From Zygnema circumcarinatum SAG 698-1b (lineage: Eukaryota > Plantae > Zygnematophyceae), in NCBI GenBank assembly GCA_037447605.1, contig CM074808.1, positions 682,001 through 746,000 of the forward strand: a DNA stretch of 64,000 nucleotides, written 5' to 3'. A program made the translations under genes and the position numbers. Within the stretch, counting starts at the first letter, position 1; each line of letters begins with the position of its first letter. The notes below the pieces were generated by a model. It worked only from the letters and a program-made list of their open reading frames with translations. It was not told the DNA's origin and did no database searches. This document shows, in pieces, positions 49,758 to 59,197 of the stretch.

Positions 49758-50984
49758 GGCGGCCTCGCCGTTCTCAACGCAGATCATGATAGGAAGCGCG
49801 CGGTAGGGCGGGCAGGAGGGAGGAGGCGGCAGGGAGGAGGGACCGGCAGCCAGCCTCCGGTAGAGGGGGTGCTCCCTCCTTCTCTTCCTCAGGGAATGCG
49901 GCGCGGCAGGGCACTCTCCACCCGCCATGGCTGGGCCTCCCCTCCCCTGTTATGAGGGAGCTCTCCTTCCCTCCCACCCTCCCTCCCTCTCGCTCTCCCG
50001 TCCCTGTCGCAGCTCGGCGCGCTCTCCCTCGCCGGCCGGGAACAAGGGGGACAGTGTCATGTCACGTAAATCACGTCACACGTAACGTGACGTGACGTGA
50101 CATCGGCTGGGAGCCAGCTGGTGTCGATGGGCCGCCGAAGGTGTCGGCAGCGACACGTGGCGGATGGGCGGGGGGGCAACGCTGGGCGGCAGGCGAGGCG
50201 GGAACTGGGGGAGGGCGCATCCGGGGGAGGGAAACCCAGGCGGGACGGTGTGAATCACCGACAAAATGTCGGTGGAGCCGCGGAGAGAGTTGCGTGAGAG
50301 ATTTTGGGTCATCATTAGGGGTCACGTGGCGAGTGGTGAATGGACGATGAGATTCTATAGAAGATTGGATTGGTGGAGCTTTTGAATAGATCGTACGAGT
50401 GGCGTCATGTGACGTGGGGTCCCTAAAATCACGGGTGTTCGTACGCTTTGCCAAGTGGCGACGAGTGGCGACACGTGCGGGTCTCGGGGGATCATTGTCG
50501 GTCGGATATTGGCCGCTTGCAGGATTTTCAGGCAGTTACAAATGTTTTTGTCTGCCCAAAGGGCATTGACCCGAACGACTGTTGGTGGAGGCTCACAGAA
50601 AATGAAAGTTATACTCTCCTTCGGGCAGGTTAAATCTGCCCGTAAGTTCCGGGCAGAGGAGGACAGCGGGCAGTTGCCAGCGTCTGCAGGAGATCCGCCT
50701 GGCAGCCACCTCAGCAGAGAACGGGCAGAAAAAATAGTTTCCGTGCTGACCGAACCGGGAAGGCCGCCTTCAGTTCCGCTGAAAGGCGCTCTAAAACTCA
50801 ACAGTCCCTGATCGAAATTGTCACGTGTCAACCGTCGGCCAATCAGCGCTCGCTACTACCCGTGGAGTAGAAATTTTGTCGGCACTCGCCGACCGTCCGA
50901 AGGGCCCAACTGCAACAGAAGCATCGACCATGCACGAGGAGGTGCCACGTGGCATTTTCTTAAAATGGTGAACACAGATCGGAC

Positions 50985-51545
50985 CATTAGACAAACCAGT
51001 CGACTGGTTGGCAACCAGTGGTTGCGGACCGAAACAACCATTCGACTGGTTTCCAACCAGTGGATGCCACTGGTTCGCAACCATTCGACTGGTTCGGAAC
51101 CAGTGATCCAATGGTTGGCAACCATTGAATTTCTGAAATTAAAAAAAATTGCAAAAATGGGTCGTATGTGTTTTTTGGTGGGTTGCCAACCGTTGACAAC
51201 TAGTGTAACAAGCCTGATGCGTACAGATGCGTACGAATTCGTACAGCCGAGTCGTACGAATGTACGGAGATTCTGTACGGCCGAACCGTAATAGTTTTCT
51301 CCGAAACGCCGACGGCATTTTGGTAGCTGTAGCGTTCAGTTCGATACAACTAGTGATTTAATGGTTGCCAACCATTTGATTTAATGGATATAACCATTCG
51401 ACTGGTTGCCAACCAGTGCCGCCGGATCGAAAAAACCATTCGACTGGTTGCCAACCAGTGGACGTCCAACCATTGCCATCCAATGGTTGTCCAATGGTTG
51501 CCGATCCACTGGTCCGAACTGTGAATGGTTCGCTAACCGACACAA
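50985..51545. mobile_element. Probable non-autonomous DNA transposon remnant (Helitron- or CACTA-like) with AACCATTCGACTGGTT sub-repeats
   Basis: Several copies of aaccattcgactggtt(g/t)ccaaccagtg. The hairpin GGTTGCCAACC (51181-51191) lies 8 nt before CTAG|T (51200-51204). ACAACTAGTG occurs twice (51196, 51346). Confidence 0.45.
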
Positions 51546-52237
51546 ATTAAGCAGCCCATTTGTCGTTTGCGGAAGCGCCGACACCAAATCTGGCAGCGGT
51601 CGAAGCGCCAACGTGGCGGCTTCCTAGACGACGCTGTGCCACGTGGTGCGCTCCTGTTGGACCTCGGGCAGCAAATGTTTGGGCGTAACGGTCGCATTTT
51701 TGGGGCATGTGTGCACCCACGCAACGAAAACACCACATGCCATGCGTTGCCATGCCATACCATGCTATGCCGTCCATGCCATGCCGTACCATGCCGTGCC
51801 GTGCCATGCCGTGCCATGCCACTGGAAAAGTTGTTTTGGTTTGTTTCTTTTGTTAGGGGGTGTCAGACTTAAAAATTGTTCGTAAGTTTGAGAGCAGAAA
51901 GAGTACTCCGATGACATAGCGATTGTGCGGAGTACTTCCAAAACTTTCTAATTCGTAACATTTCGTTGAGTCTGACAACCCTAATGTTGCAAATGGCCTC
52001 GAGCTTCCCTCGGGGCTGCCTTGCTCGAGGGCCGCCGCTGCGGCGCTTGCCCACAACACGACGCTGCATCCACGAAACATGGGACCCACTCGCTCACTCG
52101 ACATGGGCAGGGACAGCCTATGATACCTTCTTATTCGAATAAATTATCACCCACACCTATATACATGCCATGCCATGCCATGCATGGCAGCATCGATGCC
52201 CTGCACGCCCCCTCTCTGCCCTCTCTCTCTCTCTCTC

Positions 52238-54465
52238 TCACACGCACTCGAAGACCAGCACGCTCCACTTGGGCAGGCTGATGGCCGCCCTCCCCCCCGC
52301 CGTAGCGACCCCCCCCGCGTTCCCCGACCCCTCCCACCCCCCAAAGGCCCCCCCCTGCGTGTTCAGCCGCTCGCGCAGCCCCGCCTCGCCGCCGCCCACA
52401 CCGACCGAATAGGACCCGCCCTCCCACTGCCTCTCGCCCGCGTTCACCACCACCAGCATGGCCTGCCCCTCCGCCTGCACTCTCCAGCAAACCCTAAAAT
52501 CATCGCCACGCATGCACGGTTCACATGCGTCAAAAGGAGCTCGTTGTTCCCTACTGCCATTGATGCTGTTCTCTCCCCCCCCCCCCCTCCCTCTCTCGCT
52601 CCCTCTCTTTCTCTCTCTCTCTTCTCCCGCACCCACATCCCTCCCACCCGCACACCTCTCTGCGGAGCGCGAGGACGCAGTTGTCGCTGTCAAAGTGCAC
52701 AGTCCGCACGCTGCCGCGGCGCAGCGCGGGGCTCTCCTTCCTCAGAAAGTTGGCCTCCCTCACTAAGCTGCTCATCTCCTTCCCAATCACATCATCTGGG
52801 CACACCGAAGGGAGGAAGAGAGGAAGGGAGGAAGGGAGGAAGGGAGGAAGGGAGCAAAAGAAACAGCACATCTCAGCCAGTGAATGGATGGCCCATGCAT
52901 AAGGGAGGCTCATGCATGGCTCATGGGTGGGAGCTGAGGAGAGAGGAGAGCAGCCCCTTACCAGCAAAGGTCCAACGGAGCATGTGGTCGGCATCCACCC
53001 CCCACCATGACGCATGGTGCCATTCCGACCCCATGAAGAGCATGGGCATCCCTGCGGCTGCCACCTGTCCTCCGTACCACATCCGCGCCTTGGCTCGGGC
53101 CTCCCAGTTCTCCCTCCCTCCATAGAGCTCCACCGCATACCTGCACTTCTCCCCACCAGATTCATCACACAACTGCTCAAGTGAACTAAGACGAAATATC
53201 TCAATCGGTTTTAGTAATAACTTTAAGGCCGAGTACTGAACTAGGATGGAGGGAGTGGCCCAGATTAGGGTTACAGGATATTATTATAAAATATTATTAT
53301 TATTATTATTTAATTCTTACCTGTGCAGGCCTTGGATTTCGGGATCGTATTTCCCATCCTTCCGGCAGCCGGCCTGGTCGTGGCAGCCGAGAAAATACTT
53401 CACGCACTGCAAACCACGAGCGCAGATATTCTCTTAGAATCCCTAAAAAACCCGAAACTATACTGCAGGTCTGCGGAAGGGAAAGAAACTCCTGCAAAGT
53501 GAATTGGAGCAGCCTCTACCTCTACCTCTACCTCTACCTCTACCTCTACCTCTACCTCTACCTCTACCTCTACCTCTACCTCTACCTCTACCTCTACCTC
53601 TACCTCTACCTCTACCTCTACCTCTACCTCTACCTCTACCTCTACCTCTACCTCTACCTCTACCTCTATCTCGACCTCTACAGCTACCTTTACCTCTATC
53701 GCTACCTCTACCTCTCTATCTCTATCCTTACCTCTACCTCTACCTCTACCTGTGTGGGAGAGCTGTATCCGGGGTGCAGTGTGAGTAGGGATTCGAGCTT
53801 TCGCAAGCTCCGCCTCTCGTTCATAAAGGCACGCATGTCATAGAACGAAGAGTGCATCCACGTGGCATCAAACCCTGCCCCGGATATCACATCCGGAGTC
53901 TCCGGAGTGGTTTCTGCCCTCCACCCGCAGACGCACACGTGTCACCTCCCCATCCAGCAGCCACAATTAGGGCTGTTTTTCTCAGTGACAACTGCCTAAA
54001 AACGAAAGGAAGAATGGCTCACCAGAAATAAGTATCTTGCCAGGAAAGCGCTCATGAAGATGCCACGTGGTTCTCTGCAGGAGCTTCCACGGCATCACAT
54101 GAACGCAGTCAAATCGCAGCCCATCACCTGCAAATCAAAGGGTAAACAAATCAGTTGTTTTTCTCCTTTTTTAACTGCTCGTGATTTTTTCATTGTGGCT
54201 AACGAAGGGGCTACTACCAGCATTGGAACATGCACGCAGAGTTCGCAGCCAGCCTGGCCGAACCCTAAAACTGCATGAGAAGGGGTTCACATGCTCGCAG
54301 TTACCGTTGTACTCCTCCAGAAACATGGCGGCGGCATCGACCGCCATGGCCTGCACCTCCTCCTGCCACCACGCAAACCCTTTTCCAAAAGGCGTGTCTT
54401 TTCCTCCGTCAAAGTAAAGGCCTGCCCCAACCAAGCCAAATAATTAGGTGGAAAAACAAAAGGAA

Positions 54466-54512
<47 letters not shown>

Positions 54513-56220
54513 CCAAAGATTTTCGTGTTTGTTTTTCCATAGGCTTAACTTAACTCCTCACCTCCGCGGTTGTTGTTGTTCCACCCATCATACGCCCACA
54601 AACTGCAGCCATAGTCGCAGCATGCTCAAAAAGGTTGCCAGCAGCTGCAAGGTCACAACTTCCAAGTGCAGTGAACAGGGTTGGACTGAACTCCAACGGA
54701 TGCAGAAACTGAACCTGTTAAGACGAGCGGCTCCATGGTTGAGCACAACATCGAAGATGACAGCGAGGCCTGCACGGGGCAGGTCAAGCAGCGGATTGGT
54801 TCACAATGAGTTGGTTCACAATGGGTTGGTTCACAATGGGTTGGTTCACAATGGGTTGGTTCACAATAGGTTGGTTCACAATAGGTTGGTTCACAATGGG
54901 TTGGTTCACAATGGGTTGGTTCACAATGGGTTGGTTCACAATGGGTTGGTTCACAATAGGTTGGTTCACAATGGGTTGGTTCACAATGGGTTGGTTCACA
55001 ATGGGTTGGTTCACAATGGGTTGGTTCACAATGGGTTGGTTCACAATGGGTTGGTTCACAATGGGTTGGTTCACAATGGGTTGGTTCACAATGGTTGGTT
55101 CACAATGGTTCACAATAGGTTGGTTCACAATGGGTTGGTTCACAATGGGTTGGTTCACAATGGGTTGGTTCACAATGGGTTGGTTCACAATGGGTTGGTT
55201 CACAATGGGTTGGTTCACAATGGGTTGGTTCACAATAGGTTGGTTCACAATGGGTTGGTTCACAATGGGTTGGTTCACAATGGGTTGGTTTACAATGGGT
55301 TGGTTCACAATGGGTTGGTTCACAATGGGTTCGTTCACAATGGGTTGGTTCACAATGGGGTCGGGATTCGGCAGGCCCTTCACTGCCCTGCGAGAGGCGT
55401 CAAAGCAGAGAGAGAGAGTGGAAGGAAAAGAGAGAGGGAGAGGCAGAGGGGAGAAATGACCTTTTTTGTGCGCGGAATCGACCAAGTGGCGGAGGTCTGC
55501 GGGTGTTCCGTACGGCGAATGTACGGCGAAGAGGAGGCGCGGGTTGTAGCCCCAACTCCCGCAGTACTCGTGCACGGGAAGGAGCTGCGGAGACACCCTC
55601 TCCCGCAATCATCCTCTCCCTCTCCCTCTCCCTCTCCCTCTCCCTCTTTGAAAAATGCTTCATTCAAAGTCATCACTGGGAATACTGTGCATTGCAATTG
55701 GTGCGCACCTCTATGGCAGTGAAGCCAAGTCCGGCAATGTGATCTAGTTGGGCTTCAAGCGCTTTAAAAGTCCCGCCACCTTCCATACGGCTACTCCACA
55801 AACAGCATAACATCACACAAAGCACACATCTTTCAGTTCACTTCAGTTCCTTCATCTTTCAGTTTTCTTTTCTTTCTTTCACATCTTTCATCCGTCTTTC
55901 CATGAACCCTCTTACGCTGCAGAATCCGAACACATGGGGTGAAAGCACACACTTAATTTTCAGAATTGCGTCGTCCGCTTTGCAAATTCTCACCCTGTGA
56001 ATGCCCCCACGTGCAGCTGATAGATGTTGAGGTTGTCCCACGAGGGTGCTTCAAAGGGGGTCCAATCATAGCGGGGGTCCACCACCACGCATGCGTTGGA
56101 GGAGTAGTCCGCCTGCCTCGCCCTCGCGTCTCTCCGCTCGTGCTCGCACCCGCCATGGCTGAACACGAAGTGGTACTTGGCACCCTGCAGGGCCGCCCCC
56201 GCCTCACAAGAGAGAGAGAG

Positions 56221-56284
<64 letters not shown>

Positions 56285-58066
56285 GGAGGAGGGAGAGAGA
56301 GAGAGAGAAAAAAAAAAGAGAGAGAGAGAGAGAGGGGCCATTCCCTTGCCCCCTTCAGAAAGCAAGACAGCTTACAGACGCACCGGCCATGTTCAATTGC
56401 TCCGAAGTTAGTTAGTCAGTCAGTCAGACGGTCGGTAAGTTGTTTAGTCGGTTAGTCGATCGGTTGGTTATTTAGTCGGGTGATGGTAGAGTCGTGATGT
56501 ACCGCCGCCACATTGGGAACGCGAGCCTCCCAGAAGTTGTCCTGTCGGAGGAGGTTGTGAGAGGCTGAGGGAGAGTCGCCCTCATAGAGAACCACTCGCG
56601 CCGCCTCCGCGTGTGGGGCCCACACGCGGAACACGCATCCGCCATGGCTGTCCAATGTGGCTCCAAGGGCACTGGTTTCCCTCTGCATTCCATAGCCGAG
56701 AAATATATGATATGATAGCACAAGATAATCTTAAATGAAGGTAAGTTGCATTGGACTCGCGTTTTGTTTGCTTGGTAAGGTTCTGACAAAGTAGGAGAGC
56801 TAGTGTTGTTCACAAGCAACAAACAAATTCGATTCAAAAAGTTTATTCTTTTTGTTCTTGTGGCATGTGACACAGTAGAACATGTTCACCTGACCCCATT
56901 TTTAGCCTCCATGTGAGCTGGTAAATATGTCTTTCCATATTATAGCATGTGTGCTTATAAGGAGTACTAGTCTTGGCTTACCAGTATCTCGGCATCCGAG
57001 GCAACTTCCTCCACCATGACTGCCGGACCATCCGCAGCAGCCTCCACTTTCACTGGCGAGACTGGAACCCTAAACAATTCAGAATGTTCCTTTAAGAAAT
57101 TAGTCTCAAAATAATGCTTAGATTACAATGGGATCCTAAGCTTCTGTTTGCCTTGGGACCTCGACCAGCTGTTAAACCCTCCGCTTTCCTCTACATCCAT
57201 ATTGTAAAACACCAATACTGCATCATGCCAAGAACCAAACAAGGTTTTCCTTTGAAGAGCTAAAACTGTTTTCAGGATAAAAATTAGCACACTTAAGCGA
57301 AATTAAAATGTATGACCACAGGATGGACCGAAGAATCCGAAACCAATGTTGACATAAGAAAATGATCACCACCACTATCTGTATCAAATAAAGTAATGTT
57401 AAAACCGTTACATTGTCAAAATACGAGCTAATTCTATTCATGATAACAATAACATGATCGCTGTCCTTACCAAAAACCATGTTAGTAATGCTCGGTTCAG
57501 ATATAATTCCCTCCGAACCATAAGTAAATACAATCATAGGTTTCCCGCTCATATGATCCTTCCCTTTTCCATCATGTAAGGCCGACATAAAGTTACTTTT
57601 TATGAAGTTACATACTGCTTTAATGAGTGCGATGACCGGAATTCGATCAGCAAGTTAGGGTTTCTCCTGCGCAATTCACGCTAACAGCCACGTATCCTCG
57701 AAACCATGGAAGCCATAACCTTTATTAAACCGCCGTGCTCCTTTCATTTGCTTGCAAGTCATGAAGTAGGCTTTAGAAAACAAATAAACATAGTCTCCAA
57801 AAATTAAAAGGAATCCACCTCTTCGCCGGCCGGCCAGAACTGAGCGTCAGGGCAGCGCCCAAAAAGCTCTTCCAAGGATCCATGGCTTCGGTCGCCACAC
57901 TGCCCGCTCGCGAATCCTTTGATCCCATCATGCTTTTAAACCTCCTGCAAGGAAGCTCTGCCACGTGTTTCGACCATGGCTGACTACTGAACAAGAGCGA
58001 GGAGCATGGAGACGAGGCAGACGCTGACGGGAAGAGACAGGGAGGGCGGAAGGCAATGGCAGCCAT
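52238..58066 (-). CDS. Plastid-targeted CBM48 + GH13 alpha-glucan-modifying enzyme, bacterial TreZ/GlgB-like, multi-exon
   Basis: Transit-like exon 1 ([19 protein letters not shown]), CBM48 segment [42 protein letters not shown]. Conserved regions: I DVVLNH, II DGLRFD, III ILISE, IV LGCHDQ, so the D-E-D triad is intact. Then [11 protein letters not shown] and the C-terminal [11 protein letters not shown]. Confidence 0.88.
53513..53750. repeat. (CTCTAC)n microsatellite starting at a GH13 5' splice site
   Basis: ~240 bp hexamer array; on the gene's sense strand it reads (GTAGAG)n from the donor at 53749. Confidence 0.95.
54795..55359. repeat. 15-bp minisatellite GGTTGGTTCACAATG, about 37 units, filling a GH13 intron
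   Basis: Head-to-tail units with few variants and one internal slip near 55090-55115. It lies within intron 54770-55460. Confidence 0.97.
56210..56333. repeat. (GA)n microsatellite in a GH13 intron
   Basis: Direct sequence. Confidence 0.9.
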
Positions 58067-58521
58067 GGCTGCCGGGTTTGAAGTTCGAAATCAGAACCTT
58101 TTCGGGAGGAAGGGAAAGAGAGAGAGGGAGAGAGGGAGAGAAGGAGAGTAAGGGGAGGGAGAGAGAGGGCCAAGGGAGGGGAGAGGCATATTCAGATAGC
58201 CATGGCTTCCCCTTCAAAAGATGCCAACCGTTGGCATCTTTTCGAAAAAGCAAACTATCCGTACGACTCTATGCGCGCGTGTAGATCGGTCCGCCGTTGC
58301 AGTGACACTGAGTGCCGAAACTGCATAGAGAAATGTTTAGCTGTCAGTCATTTCCATGCAAATGTAACTGTCATACGCAGAAACAAATGGAAACGTAGTT
58401 CTGTTGGTCAATACACCAATGAGAACTCGTCATTTCAAAAACATTTCAAACGATTTCGAACGCATGTAGCGCCAGTCCCAACCTCCGTACGCTCCGGCTG
58501 TGGGAGCCTCTCACGCACTGT

Positions 58522-58632
58522 CACGTGGCGGTGGCAAACCCTGTACTTCTGCCACGTGGTACTCACTAGCTTGCCACGTGGACGCATCTTGCAGCACATT
58601 TTTGGGTCTCCGCAATGAGTGAGTGCCACGTG
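58522..58632 (-). promoter_or_regulatory. Four perfect G-boxes in 111 bp upstream of the GH13 gene
   Basis: CACGTG at 58522, 58553, 58575 and 58627, 460-570 bp from ATG 58066. Confidence 0.55.
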
Positions 58633-59197
58633 ACAGGACTATTGTCGGTCGCCCGTGTCGGCACGCTCCCATTGGTCGAGCGGAGCGGGCGGGAATGCTC
58701 GTGTTGTTGTTGTTGTGAATGTCGCCATGTTTCATGTTACCTTTTCATGCCACGATGGAGCATTGTTACATTGTTGTTGTTGTTGTCTCCGTGTGGCCAT
58801 AGACTCGCCCTGTAGAGAGGGTCAACTTTGAACTTTGTACTTCCATGGAAAGGAGATGCGGCCGGCAAGGGGGCATATAAAGTGCAGCGACAACAAACAA
58901 AAATAGGGTCGCATTGTATTTGTCAAATGGGTTCACAACTATTAGGTATCACGCGTTGCATGCCGGCGACCTACAGCAGGAAATATATATACTCTGAGCG
59001 CAGGACTTGCAGCAAAGGCCATGCGCTTTTGGCACTTGATACAACTCCCCGACTCTGCTGACAAACAAAAACCTTCGACACTTTTCTATCCGAAAGACTA
59101 ATGAGAGGCTAAGACGCCCATGGCCATGGCTTCGATGTTCCTTCGGAATTTTCTTTTTTTGATTGACTTTGTCTTCCTTGAGGACGATGACTTTGCC

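Noticed and set aside
51196-51355. Complete CACTA element
   Set aside because: Both TAGTG ends face the same way. No matching CACTAGTTGT end or 3-bp TSD was found in the window.
53499-53843. (LY)n and (LP)n ORFs
   Set aside because: Translations of the CTCTAC microsatellite.
54795-55359. Possible CRISPR array
   Set aside because: Units are head-to-tail with no unique spacers, there are no cas genes, and the context is a eukaryotic intron.
54448-55722. 424-aa (LVHNG)n ORF, and the (NQPIV)n and (WFTMG)n ORFs in other frames
   Set aside because: These are translations of the intronic 15-bp minisatellite. Three frames are open, and the flanking GH13 exons splice across the region.
57223-57588. 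121-aa AT-rich ORF
   Set aside because: It lies in GH13 intron 1 and the flanking exons join in frame without it. Composition is intron-like and no motif is recognisable.
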